Below, piece after piece: positions 50,646 through 63,621 of a DNA stretch of 64,000 nt (position 1 is the first letter of the stretch; every line of letters begins with the position of its first letter). The position numbers were made by a program, and so were the translations under genes. The stretch spans positions 91,388,001 to 91,452,000 of the forward strand of contig OZ286464.1 in NCBI GenBank assembly GCA_965644265.1. The letters are read 5' to 3'. The notes beneath the pieces are model-generated. The model was not told the DNA's origin. It was given only the letters and a program-made list of their open reading frames with translations, and ran no database searches. This DNA comes from Glycera tridactyla. Taxonomy: Eukaryota.

Positions 50646-52094
50646 TAGGAATACTAATTTGGTGAGTATTATCTTACAATACAGGACAACCCTTCCGGGG
50701 GGAGGGGGGGGGGGGGTGAGTAGGAATACTAATTTGGTGAGAATTATCTCACAATACAGGACAACCCTCGAGGGGGATACTAATTTGGTGAGTATTATCT
50801 TACAATAAAGGACAACCTTCCTGAGGGGGAGTAGGAATACCAATTTGGTGAGTATTGTCTTACAATACAGGAAAACCTCCTGGGGGAGTAGGAATACTAA
50901 TTTGGTGAGTAGTATCTTACAATACAGGACAAGCCTCCTGGGGGGAGTAGGAATACTAATTTGGTGAGTATTATCTTACAATACAGACCAAACCTCCTGG
51001 GGGAGTAGGAATACTAATTTGGTGAGTATCATCTTACAATACAGAACAAACCTCCTGGGGGGAGTAGGAATACTAATTTGGTGAGTATCATCTTACAATA
51101 CAGGACAAACCTCCTGGGGGGGGAGTAGGAATACTAATTTGGTGAGTATCATCTTACAATACAGGACAAACCTCCTGGGGGGGGAGTAGGAATACTAATT
51201 TGGTGAGTATTATCTAACAATACAGGACAAACCTCCTGGGGGGAGTAGGAATACTGATTTGGTGAGTATTATCTAACAATACAGAACAAACCTCCTGGGG
51301 GGAGTAGGAATACTAATTTGGTGAGTATCATCTTACAATACAGGACAAACCTCCTGGGGGGGGAGTAGGAATACTAATTTGGTGAGTATTATCTGACAAT
51401 ACAGGACAAACCTCCTGGGGGGAGTAGGAATACTAATTTGGTGAGTATTATCTAACAATACAGGACGAACCTCCTGGGGGGGGAGTAGGAATACTAATTT
51501 GGTGAGTATTATCTTACAATACAGGACAAACCTCCTGGGGGGAGTAGGAATACTAATTTGGTGAGTATTATCTAACAATACAGGACGAACCTCCTGGGGG
51601 GAGTAGGAATACTAATTTGGTGAGTATCATCTTACAATACAGGACAAACCTCCTGGGGGGGGGAGTAGGAATACTAATTTGGTGAGTATCATCTTACAAT
51701 ACAGGACAAACCTCCTGGGGGGGGAGTAGGAATACCAATTTGGTGAGTATTATCTAACAATACAGGACAAACCTCCTGGGGGGAGTAGGAATACTAATTT
51801 GGTGAGTATTATCTGACAATACAGGACGAACCTCCTGGGGGGGGAGTAGGAATACTAATTTGGTGAGTATCATCTTACAATACAGGACAAACCTCCTGGG
51901 GGGGGAGTAGGAATACCAATTTGGTGAGTATCATCTTACAATACAGGACAAACCTCCTGGGGGGAGTAGGAATACTAATTTGGTGAGTATCATCTTACAA
52001 TACAGGACAAACCTCCTGGGGGGGGAGTAGGAATACTAATTTGGTGAGTATTATCTAACAATACAGGACAAACCTCCTGGGGGGAGTAGGAATA
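50646..52094. repeat. Minisatellite, about 59-62-bp unit x24 with a variable G-run
   Basis: GGAGTAGGAATACTAATTTGGTGAGTA(T/C)TATCT(T/A/G)ACAATACAGGAC(A/G)AACCTCCT(G)n. Confidence 0.98.
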
Positions 52095-52519
52095 AAACCA
52101 ACTTAAAGATGAAGTGCATCTTGAGTCTTTGCGCTGATCTGAACGCGAATCTCTGTACCCCTTCACGCAGTTAACCTTCGACCTCTCAACATACGACCAC
52201 GCAGTGAATATCCCATGGACGGACATCAGTGGTGTGGGGTATATAGTGACACTCTACCGATGTGACGTCAGACGTACATGCCCCAACTACATCCCTGAAC
52301 TGAGCAAAATCAAATAAACCGTTCGATATATCACGTGTATCTTTCACCAACGTAAATTCTGAATTCGCCATATCTGTATTTTACGATCACCAACACGTTA
52401 GGGTGTGATAAAAACAACATATCTGACAGACATATCCAATTTGTGAACCAAGAGCTGTCATTTCAGAGAGAATCTGAATTGCCAAATCCTTGGTGCATCT
52501 GATGAGATTTGGAGACTTG

Positions 52520-52596
52520 ACGCAGAATGTAACGCAGAATATAATGCAGAATGTAACGCCGACGGTGAAGCAGGCTGTAACGCAGAATGTAATGCG
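52520..52596. repeat. 12-bp repeat (GCAGAATGTAAC) x about 6, degenerate
   Basis: Direct reading of the sequence. Confidence 0.85.
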
Positions 52597-52692
52597 TGTG
52601 CTACAAGCCATAGTAACCTTCTTCACCGCAGCCGATTACATAGTTAGATCTGCTTTCAGGTCTATGTGAAGTTTTGTTTGTTTGTCTGTCCG

Positions 52693-52743
52693 TTTGTTTG
52701 GGTTTGACGTCTTTTCAACCTTTTCGGGTTATATAAGACTGAA
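52693..52743 (-). mobile_element. Decayed short interspersed repeat (SINE/LINE 3' tail-like), family shared with 6855 and 50135
   Basis: Preceded by a (TTTG)n-like tract, which reads as a CAAA tail on the minus strand. Aligns with the other two copies. Confidence 0.55.
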
Positions 52744-53909
52744 AAAACTAAAATATAGAAGTGAGGAGGCACCACTACGGGGACAATCATCTACTCTTCA
52801 CGACTGAAAGCAATGGTTCTTTTACGTGCATATAGTGATAGACTATCACACATATATGACCGGCCCTGGCGTGTCTGCAGGTGTGCCTGCAGTGTTGGTT
52901 TCTCCAGGTGACAACCTATATCGAGACGCCCATCTATGTGTGATAATTCAGGACTCAAACTTCTGTATGTTCAGTGGTTGGTGGAAAATTCACAGATACT
53001 CAAGGTGTCCCTTCTTGCCACTTATTGGGGCCATTCACACTTGCCAGTTACCGTAACATAGGTGTTGCAAGGGTATGATATACGAGGTGAACCCCAGTCA
53101 GGGTGCAGGGTAACGCCCCTTCTGTTATACTACCCTCATCAGCTGGGTTGTAATCGCAAGATTCCAGGCGTTCTTATCCAGCTGGGCTCACTGAGCCCCG
53201 CGGCTTGCGTCATTAATGTGCATCCACACACCTTTTAGGCGGGCATACTGCTGCTAAGAGTGAGTGAGCACTAGCTTGCCAGTCTCAGCTACCTGCCAAC
53301 AGGGCATTCCAAATGACCAACTCTCTCCTGGTGGAACCAACATCATGCAAACCGTCACTTTCAATCGCAAGAATTCAATCATCAAAGAGTTGTCCGCTGA
53401 GTATTTCTTGACTAGCTTGAAGCGATACGTTTGTTTTTATTTGTGGGATTCATGTACTATCCGTGAGGCTAAGTAACTAAGATATATATTTCTGTTGGAC
53501 TCTGCCAAATATTAATGTGGCGGGTACGCTTCACACGATGAATTCGCCATTATATGTCAGATCTGAGATTCCATGGCACGAATATATTGTATAGGTCTTT
53601 CAGCGATTATCAAACATAGTTGCAGGTGATCTGCATGCTTTTGGAGAGGATTATGCCGTCATTTCATTGAGTTTGTTTGGCCAATATTAGGCGAGTTTTC
53701 TATGTGAAACAGTGGAGATACGGAGTGAAATCGACATATTTGACTCTCTATGATGAAAATATAGAAGGTAACTCCGCCCAGTTCACTCATTTAATCGCCG
53801 GGGATATATCAACAATCTCTGTCATGTTTCGTCTAGATCCGATGCAATTTCGTGATGCTTCGGCGAAAAAACGTACCTGTTACCATCTGATTTGACAGAT
53901 CTTGATGGC

Positions 53910-54091
53910 NNNNNNNNNNNNNNNNNNNNNNNNNNNNNNNNNNNNNNNNNNNNNNNNNNNNNNNNNNNNNNNNNNNNNNNNNNNNNNNNNNNNNNNNNNN
54001 NNNNNNNNNNNNNNNNNNNNNNNNNNNNNNNNNNNNNNNNNNNNNNNNNNNNNNNNNNNNNNNNNNNNNNNNNNNNNNNNNNNNNNNNNNN
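53910..54091. other. Assembly gap (N run)
   Basis: Run of N. Confidence 1.
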
Positions 54092-54499
54092 ACGACGTGG
54101 CGCGCTCAGCGTGGTCGAATACACTTTTGATGCTTGGTTGAAGTCTCCGAAGCTTCACCCTGTTTTCGCTGTCATGACTCCCCCTTCTCTCTGGTGTACT
54201 CTGTACTCCCGCCTTCATGAATCAGGTTACCACCTTTATGGCCAATTATCGGAATCGGCACCATCAGGGAGTCTGAGGGAAAGGACGACTGTATGTGGAT
54301 CTGGTGGGATATTCCACAGTGATGCCTATGTAACTCCGCCACATGACGTAAAAGCAAAATGCAAACGTACATCCGAGTTCATCTGTATATTCATCATATA
54401 TGTAGCGCGTACCTCACAAGTATACCAGTGGAGAAGGAAGCTGATTCTATGCTTGGATTATAGTCAATTCATGACATCTATATGAGATCCGCTGCACTT

Positions 54500-54666
54500 C
54501 AGTCGAAGAGTACCTCTCTTTAAAGGCCAACTGTCTATAAAGCCCATCCTGATCTGCGAACATAATAGTATTTTCAAAAGTAAATGACCTCACTTTGAAG
54601 GTCACCTGTCTATAAAGGCTACTTCTTGATTTGATCGAAAGCGGACTATGGAGGCAGGTTCGACCG
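54500..54666. mobile_element. Small MITE of Tc1/mariner-pogo type (CAGTCGAA...TTCGACCG|TA), about 167 bp
   Basis: TIR 7/8 and an internal repeated CTGTCTATAAAG. TA on the right flank; the left flank is TT. Confidence 0.65.
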
Positions 54667-55611
54667 TAGCATGATTTTTGCGTTGGATATATTCGATGGG
54701 ATGGGGATTTATCCACTAGCACAACCACTTCCAAGATCAGAGGAGAAACACCAATTTTTTGCAGATTTCAATGATCAAGATCAATCACTAATATGAGCAT
54801 CTCACCTTTTTATGAGCCGTGCTTGATTAGGATTTCAGTATTGAGCAGCAGATTGGTGTCCCTCGGCGTATCACGGAGTCAGACATCAAACAAAGCATTC
54901 CTGGCGATTTTCAAGTGAGTCGTATCATAATTTCCCTGGGTCCGAAATAAAAAGGTGGTTTCCCTCACGTATCCAATGGTAAAACTATGTCCGTAAAAGT
55001 CATCAACAACTGTCGGATGTTAACGCTGTAAACTCGCGAGAAGCTGGCATAGGTGAACGGTCGGTGCGAATGAGTTGGGATTGGGCCGGTAGATGTGTGG
55101 GTGTGTGAGGGTAGTGAGTGGTGGGGACGGCAGGGGGAGGAGGGGAGGGGAGTGCGCCGTGGCTGCCAGCAGGGATCCTGGGCTTCTGATACCGCGGCGC
55201 AGCAACAGCTGGTCGTTCCGCCGTGCCGGTGTCATCATCATCATCACCTTCATCATATCTTCTCGCGGTCGCGGAGGCGGCGGCTGTGACGATGGTGGCG
55301 GTGACGAAGGCCCGTCATCGCTAAATGCTTTTTCTGCTACTCTCTAATCAAGAAAGCAAACTGGAAGAATCTCTCTTCCGAAAATAATCTAATTGTCCCG
55401 AACTTGTGCATGTTCAGCAAAGTAGAGAAAACTTAAACAGGTTATCTTGAGAGCAAGACGATTGCCTAAGTAACCGTTTTAGCGAGATGTGAATTGCATC
55501 TCATCTGTCATATACTACTCAAGAGCCAGCATTGACCTGGCCTCGCCTTTGGCGATAATACTGACAGCAGTAGGCCAAGTGACGATAACGGTAAGCACAG
55601 CGATAGTTACG

Positions 55612-55615
<4 letters not shown>

Positions 55616-55703
<88 letters not shown>

Positions 55704-55745
55704 AGAGGGGGTGGAGAGAGATAGAGAGAATGGGGGAAAGAGGGA
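55616..55745. repeat. (GA)n microsatellite
   Basis: Long AG run; a (GACA)n tract follows at about 55868-55900. Confidence 0.97.
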
Positions 55746-57707
55746 GAAGTGAAGGAAAATAGGAAGGTTTTTGTTCATTACAACAATGGTCGCAGAAATT
55801 GTGATATTGGCAATCCATCGCTGCAGCGGCTGTGGTTGATTCGTCAATTGGTTGATTTGCACCGGAAAAAGACAGACAGACGGACAGACAGACAGAGACA
55901 GTGAGTCACAGAGAGAGGAGAGATGAAGACGACCCAATGACCGTATCAGCGACACGATTGACATTAGTGGTAGAAGTTGGTTGGATGGTCCGCGCGATGT
56001 TCTGCCTCCTCTTCTGATGCCAAGTATAATGCAAACACATTTTGATATACGATACAGATCGGCGTATGTATGAACGGCTCATGATTGTACAACGAAATGA
56101 AGTGGTTGGGAAATGATGTAGAATACAGGTCTATGTATGTATGTACTGCGGCGAATAAGTGCAAGAAATGTTGGATGCTTGTTGAAGTAGTCCGTTCAAA
56201 ATTCATTGGGTGAAGGATGTTAGTGTGCGCATGTCACTGAACGATGAATATGCGAACAATGGCTGAGAATATATATATTATTCTCTAACCCCCCTTAACT
56301 CTGTATGCATGAAGTGTGGGATACTGCTCGGTGGTGTCAGTAATGAGTCAGTAAGTGTGTATTGGTTCGACGGTGATAGTGTACAGGTTTGACTCCATCC
56401 AATATTGTACCATCTGCAGTATTGCTTCTCATATCCTGATCGAACACCCTCATGAGATTTTGATTATTTGCTGGCTCACATGATTTATGAATTGGAGCAG
56501 AGTCCTTCATATATGTTCAATTGCTGTTTATCAATCAAATTGACCTTGACTCAACTTTCAACCTCAAGTCATACACGATCGAGTGGAGTGAACCATAAAG
56601 CTGTCTCGCCAGTCAGGTGTGAGAAATCTCACTGTCTGTAGCTCACAATACATATTGGCCATAAAACTGGCTGAGTTGGCCGATTCTGGAGATCGAGCAA
56701 GATGGTCATCACCCCTCTCCTCCAGTTGTTCGCAATTCCGGTGAATGGGACCGCGCTCTCATAACATACGATAGTGAACCATATGGTCATTCACTGTTTT
56801 GATTACCACCCATTTATGACTTGAACAAATGGTAGCCGACAGCAAATACTCAGCCATTCAAAAGCAAACCTCGAGGAGTCACCCACCACCGACAATGTGG
56901 GGGATACGATCCCTGCTCGCCAGCCTTGTCAGTGACCTATTGGGTCGATAAAGTTCAAGGCACTTGCTTAGCATATACATGCTCCATATTTCAAGAATCG
57001 ATCATATCACCCCCCCCCCCCCCCCACCCATATATTGGACAGAAACGTGTCATTTATTTCTGATCCAACGTCGCGTCAGTGTCGAATGTGATATATGGTG
57101 ACGTCCATGCAATGGCTATTGGTGGGATCATTCGAGGGCACCACGTCCCCCATTAGGTTGGAATCCATAGACACTTAAGGTCCATTTCTGCTTCCATAAA
57201 TGATGATCACAGTTTTACCATCCCAATATGAGATTGATCCACATAGAGACAATCCTGTGGGTCAATTATTTTTGGCCACTGTGCTCCGCTGTGTGCATAG
57301 ATGTAGGAGACCATATGACTACATACTCATGCATGTACATATACATGAATATTCATGGTAAAGAAGGGAAGCTGTATATCAGCCATTACTCCAGTATTCT
57401 GAGGTATCTCTGCATCCCGCATTTCGATCGTGCTTGTTCGTGATGTCGATTTGCTGTCCTTGCAGTATTCCATGTAAATATGACCAAATCGTGCGTGCTG
57501 ACTCGGTGGGGTGGTGTTGTAAATGACCACATTGGTCAAATAATTAAACGACATACCTCCAGGTTGTCTATGATTGACTGATTGATTGGCATTGGTCTAT
57601 GGGAGTCAGATGTTCTCTCTTCTGCACTCTCACAAACCCTGAACACAATATGGTAGGGGCTGGGAGAGTCAGATTCCTCAGGGGGGAAATTATAAATTCC
57701 ACCGAGA

Positions 57708-58143
57708 CTCAATGCGTCATTAGACTAGTAGGGATTGCCCTCTTCGACTGCCTTCTCTCTCAATGCGTCATTAGACTAGTAGGGATTGCCCTTTTCGACT
57801 GCCTTCTCTCTCAATGCGTCATTAGACTAGTAGGGATTGCCCTTTTCGACTGCCTTCTCTCTCAATGCGTCATCAGACTAGTAGGGATTGCCCTCTTCGC
57901 CTGCCTTCTCTCTCAATGCGTCATCAGACTAGTAGGGATTGCCATCTTCGACTGCCTTCTCTCTCAATGCGTCATCAGACTAGTAGGGATTGCCCTCGTC
58001 GACTGCCTTCTCTCTCAATGCGTCATCAGACTAGTAGGGATTGCCCTCGTCGACTGCCTTCCCTCTCAATGCGTCATTAGACTAGTAGGGATTGCCCTTT
58101 TCGACTGCCTTCTCTCTCAATGCGTCATTCGACTAGTAGGGAT
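57708..58143. repeat. Minisatellite, 51-bp unit, left block (about 8.5 copies)
   Basis: CAATGCGTCAT(T/C)AGACTAGTAGGGATTGCCCT(C/T)TTCGACTGCCTTCTCTCT. Confidence 0.98.
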
Positions 58144-58489
58144 CTCATGTCATTAATGCAGTTTCGGCTGCATTAATGGCAGGCACTGACACATGCTGGG
58201 GATTCTTATATTTCAACATGATCACAGGGGATGATCTCAAGATCAATGTAGTATACGTATAGAAACATGTGTGATTTCAGGTGAAAATCCTTGGTTGCCA
58301 TGGTTGCCCTGGCAACCAAACTCTGAACTGATTTGTCAAACTGTGCTAGAGTAAATGCTGATCCTTTCAGGTCATATAATGATCAGTTAAGTGCCATGTA
58401 AAAGAAATATATTGATCTCAAAATATGAAAAAAATATGAATGGGCCGGATCAGGTTTGAGTTTACCATGGATTGCATTAATGACATGAG
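58144..58489. mobile_element. 346-bp MITE with perfect 17-bp TIRs and a 2-bp AT target-site duplication, inserted in the 51-bp minisatellite
   Basis: CTCATGTCATTAATGCA (58144-58160) pairs with TGCATTAATGACATGAG (58473-58489). The repeat consensus GGGATTGCCC is split as GGGAT|element|ATTGCCC. Confidence 0.9.
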
Positions 58490-58662
58490 ATTGCCCTCTT
58501 CGACTGCCTTCTCTCTCAATGCGTCATTAGACTAGTAGGGATTGCCCTCCTCGACTGCCTTCTCTCGCAATGCGTCATTAGACCAGTAGGGTTTGCCCTC
58601 CTCGATCGCCTTCTCTCTCAATGCGTCATCAGAGTAGTAGGGATTGCCCTCTTCGACTTCCT
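58490..58662. repeat. Minisatellite, 51-bp unit, right block (about 3.4 copies, more diverged)
   Basis: Resumes in register after the MITE. Confidence 0.96.
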
Positions 58663-60354
58663 TATCAACCATGCCAAGAATCTACAGAACTCGCTCACTC
58701 ATCTAATGGGCAGGGGAAATTGAAAGTAACCTCCCTGTCGGAAAAAATTATATACCCTGGTGCAGGCTAGCTGGTACCTTTTGTATGTCTCTACTATATT
58801 AGAGTGTATGAAAATATCGGTAAACCTCAGTGCATGGAGCATATGTATCTCTAGTCACCTCCTGCAGCTTGTCAAGCAGCTGCCACCTATGTGTTAATAT
58901 CTGGAACAATTGACATTTGGCAGACAATAAACTGGCGACGATAACAAGTGATGTATTAGAGTCAAAGTGATGAAGAGATATTGGTAAACTTCATTATCAG
59001 CATTAGGACGGGGAATGTGTTCTTTATTGCACATAACACCCAGTCATATGAAGAAAGCAATCTGCTTGGTAAATAAACTTACTGTGCATACTCTGACTCT
59101 GATGGATTTCGTATTACAGGGATTCCACACCCGAATCCCATTTGGCGCCTGGAAAGAAAGCATACCATGCTGCCTACCACAGAAAGAGAAGCGTCATTTT
59201 GATAGGAGTGAGTCCAGTTTTCCATAGCAAGATGACTGATATGTAAATTCATATTTTTGTTCGCATCTACCATTACTGATGCGGAAGTCAGATGTGAGTT
59301 CACCTTTCTGTGACAAGTTGTCTATCGTATACTTGTACGTTCTTGCAGTTTCTCATGCAATAACATATCCCGGGCGGATTATTTGCAACTATCTACATGA
59401 CCAATTGTAGCATGACAAGCATAGCCATCACTGAAAGAGGACCTCGCCTAGGCGAAGTCGTCAACAGCACTTGGCTTGTTGCATTATATAGTGGTCAGAA
59501 AGACTTCGAAACCAACTCTGATGTAGCTAGGCAATCTATTCCTGAAAAATACTTCATTGTCCCAAAAATCATCAGGGAATATTTACAAACCCCACTAATT
59601 GATGACAATTGGATAATTTCATGAAATAATTCAATATCAAATTTGATGTAGATTGGGACATAAATCTGATCCCTAGTTGATACGACTTGTAGGAGGAGGA
59701 CGTCGGACCATCTGACATCTATAGGGTATGCTACGGAGGACACTTCTGCATCACGTCAAAACAGTCGTGGCAGAGGTCGGCTACACTTAAGTTCATGAAA
59801 GAAAACCATGACCTGCTTCACCAAGCATGTGGAAGCTTGAAGAATGTATTGAATGATGTGTGTCAATTGGGCACATTCATGTGTGATTCATGTTAGCTTC
59901 ATGTGCCCAGGATAACATGGCACCGCCTAGGGATGTCCTGAAATCATCTTCCAGATTCTTCAATTGATAGGCCCACCATTCCCTGGGAAAATCTACTGGT
60001 TCTGCCAAGATGGGATTACTGGGAGATCCTCAATAATGTAATCAATTATAATTTCTTGGAACGAAGCACATCGAATCTCAGCAAATTGCCCCTCCGATAT
60101 TATATACATGTCCCATCATATGATGTTGTGATGGTAATTTCCATTGTTTCCCCATGATATCACTATACCCTGCTGAATGGCATGAGGTATCTACAGTCAG
60201 GTTCATTGTTCAACTCCCAGCTACATGTCTCAAATGATGAGAACCAGTAGGATCATTTCAACATTTAAGTTTGATCATCTGAGTGAGATGACAACTGAGT
60301 CTGCTGTAATATAGATGCGGGTCTACCTGCAATTCTGCAAGTTGAGTGGTAGCT

Positions 60355-60543
60355 NNNNNNNNNNNNNNNNNNNNNNNNNNNNNNNNNNNNNNNNNNNNNN
60401 NNNNNNNNNNNNNNNNNNNNNNNNNNNNNNNNNNNNNNNNNNNNNNNNNNNNNNNNNNNNNNNNNNNNNNNNNNNNNNNNNNNNNNNNNNNNNNNNNNNN
60501 NNNNNNNNNNNNNNNNNNNNNNNNNNNNNNNNNNNNNNNNNNN
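60355..60543. other. Assembly gap (N run)
   Basis: Run of N. Confidence 1.
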
Positions 60544-61409
60544 ATACAATCACACTCACATGCATACTATTTCGAAACACAATGTTCAAATTTTGAAATA
60601 TATCATGATACGTAAAATGCATGGGCCCTTAGAATGTTGACTACCACACAAGATACATAAATGCACCCCACTCAGAAAACACTCATCTTAGTCAGATGTA
60701 CATCCATACAATATCAATGCACTACACACACTCACTCACATGCATGCACGCACGCTCCTCAAACAAGCAAAATCCGGAGCACACTATCTGCTCAGTATCC
60801 AGAACCTGAAAGCCAAGCCCAACTAAAGATCAGACAAATCCTGATTCAAAGAATAGCTTCAGGCACATGTCCATTTTTTGCATAATTTTGTTGATGAACG
60901 TCACAATTCCATCTCTTCTAGAATTATCATTTCTGCCAAATTCAAGAATAAGTCGTCTTTGAGAATTACAAAAAGCCGGGAAGTGCAGCAGAAAAAGTGA
61001 AGTTTCAGGTTGTCAAAGGGTGGATAGTGTAACTTCCACCTGTCGGGTTTCTACACACTCTCTTGACATTCTGAGATGGCTCCACTGGGAGCAATTCAGG
61101 CTGCACCTGTGATCAATCTATGTGCCCATCTACCTATCGACACATACAGATCTGTGAAGCATCTCTGCTATCTAGGAATACTTCATCGAATACAAGATGC
61201 CTTTGACAAATTGTATAAGTGCTTGAGCACATCGGAGCCATTCATGCTTGCTGCATATGGTCATAGACTGAATCACTGATAGATTGATCAAATAGTCTGC
61301 CCTCTTCTCGCACTTCATCTGGTTGTTTGTAACAATTCTATGGGCGACATATGTGGTCATCCAAATATGATAAAACTGAGAGAGAACTCCTGCAATGACA
61401 TACAATCGA

Positions 61410-62395
61410 CTGTTCAATGACATCGTATACGGTTTCAATATTACTGTTCAATGATATAGTATACCGTTTCAATATTACTGTTCAATGATATAGTATACCG
61501 TTTCAATATTACTGTTCAATGACATAGTATACGGTTTCAATATTACTGTTCAATGATATAGTATACCGTTTCAATATTACTGTTCAATGACATAGTATAC
61601 GGTTTCAATATTACTGCTCAATGATATAGTATACCGTTTCAATATTACTGTTCAATGATATAGTATACCGTTTCAATATTACTGTTCAATGATATAGTAT
61701 ACCGTTTCAATATTACTGTTCAATGATATAGTATACCGTTTCAATATTACTGTTCAATGATATAGTATACCGTTTCAATATTACTGTTCAATGATATAGT
61801 ATACCGTTTCAATATTACTGTTCAATGATAGAGTATACCGTTTCAATATTACTGTTCGATGATATAGTATACCGTTTCAATATTACTGTTCAATGATATA
61901 GTATACCGTTTCAATATTACTGTTCAATTATATAGTATACCGTTTCAATATTACTGTTCAATGATATAGTATACCATTTCAATATTACTGTTCAATGATA
62001 TAGTATACCGTTTCAATACTACTGTTCAATGATATAGTATACCGTTTCAATATTACTGTTCAATGATATAGTATACCGTTTCAATATTACTGTTCAATGA
62101 TATAGTATACCGTTTCAATATTACTGTTCAATGATATAGTATACCGTTTCAATACTACTGTTCAATGATATAGTATACCGTTTCGATATTACTGTTCGAT
62201 GATATAGTATACCGTTTCAATATTACTGTTCGATGAACTAGTATACCGTTTCAATATTACTGTTCAATGATATAGTATACCGTTTCAATATTACTGTTCG
62301 ATGAACTAGTATACCGTTTCAATATTATTGTCCGATGATTTTGTATACGGTTTCAATATTACCGTTCAATGATATAGTATACGGTTTCAATATCA
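61410..62395. repeat. AT-rich minisatellite, 34-bp unit x about 29
   Basis: TTTCAATATTACTGTTCAATGATATAGTATACCG. Confidence 0.98.
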
Positions 62396-62994
62396 CCGAT
62401 TCATAGAAATATCACAGCTGTGATAAGGTAATATTCTCATTCTGCATGACTATGAACTGAATGAAAGCTCAGATTTTGGCATCCTTTTTTGATCACTGCT
62501 AGGAGATACGAGTACTGAAGAATCCCTGCAATGTGATCAATTTGGAACAGAGACATCATCATTTGTTGAAATGCCCTCCATTTCCGAGCAGATAAAGGGT
62601 GATACCGTGTTGATAAGGGTGCTTTCTTAGCGAGAATCTGGCTGGTCACATTTGTCCTGACAAAATTACTGAAGTCACTGTGAGTAGTTCGAAAGCAATA
62701 GAATGACTGTATGTAATTATATTACAGGATGAGCCATTTTGAAACTGTGATCAGATAGAGCCACAAGAGTCTCGCATGCACTTTACACTCTAGTGAGTGC
62801 CACGGGGTTCCTTTTCTGCAGAAGCACATATGTCAAGTAAACACTTTCGCTCGATTTTTCCCGAAGTGAATCATTGGTCGTCATAACACCGGATTATATT
62901 CATCCTTTATGTCTTTTCGGGTGCCATCTAGAATGATTCACATGGGTTGGTCATAAGAAACATGACATCTCTTCACTGAGTTAGAAATATATTA

Positions 62995-63375
62995 TGCTAT
63001 CATGCAAAGGTGTACACACCTGAACAAAAAGGGATAGGCGAAAAAAGGGAAGCACCAAAAAATGGAGCACACAACCTGCATAGTCATATACTGCATGGAT
63101 GGTTGAAAGACAGTGCGATCTTGCTTTCATAAAATTAACCTGTTCATTTTCGAACAGGGAATTGAAATACCTAAAAACGTCGATGAAAATCACAAATATC
63201 GATCAAATTATGGTATTATGTATTTCGCAAAGAGAATATCACTATAAAACTGATAAAGTATTGCAGTCAGCAGAACCCACCGAGTCAGAGATGTATCATA
63301 TTATCATGCAAAGGTGTACACACCTGAATAGAGAGGGATAGGTGAAATAGGAAAGCAACGAAAGAAATAGGGCCC
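62995..63375. repeat. Diverged local duplication (about 75 bp at about 62995 and about 63300)
   Basis: TATCATGCAAAGGTGTACACACCTGAA..A.AGGGATAGG.GAAA occurs twice about 305 bp apart. Confidence 0.8.
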
Positions 63376-63621
63376 TGCAGAGATACTCTCAATATTAAAT
63401 AAATTACCCAAATTGGCATCATATCGACCTCACTACTGAGGCAACTGGAAGGGCACTTGTTGACATCCAATATTCAATTTTATGAAGCTCTTGATTCCCA
63501 GATGAATATGATATTATGTCCAATTCAACCGTCAGTTATGAGGAACAATTCACTGATCCAACAAGATCTAAACAGTTGTAGCTGAAGTGAGCAGACCATA
63601 TCTCATGAACAATTTTTCTAC

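Noticed and set aside
54803-54957. 11-bp inverted repeat CACCTTTTTAT/ATAAAAAGGTG as a MITE
   Set aside because: The TIR is low-complexity, the flanks (CT versus GT) give no TSD, and the match is plausibly chance.
57814-57890. Hammerhead-ribozyme-like core on the minus strand of the 51-bp repeat (CTGATGA...CGAAA-GGG/CCC, palindromic ACTAGT)
   Set aside because: The geometry is non-canonical (no stem II closing pair, an extra A, no NUH in register with stem I), and most units read CTAATGA or CGAAG.
57599-58156. 185-aa ORF of (QCVIRLVGIALFDCLLS)n
   Set aside because: It is an automatic consequence of a 51-bp (17-codon) unit. It is terminated by the MITE and has no supporting splice or domain evidence.
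8237-60622. ORFs spanning N gaps or CA/GA/GAC microsatellites (e.g. 8237, 13889, 33406, 42530, 44481, 53892, 55515, 60315)
   Set aside because: They are open only because of X codons or simple repeats.
2533-62395. Regular repeat arrays as possible CRISPR loci
   Set aside because: The units are head-to-tail with no unique spacers, there are no cas genes, and the context is eukaryotic.
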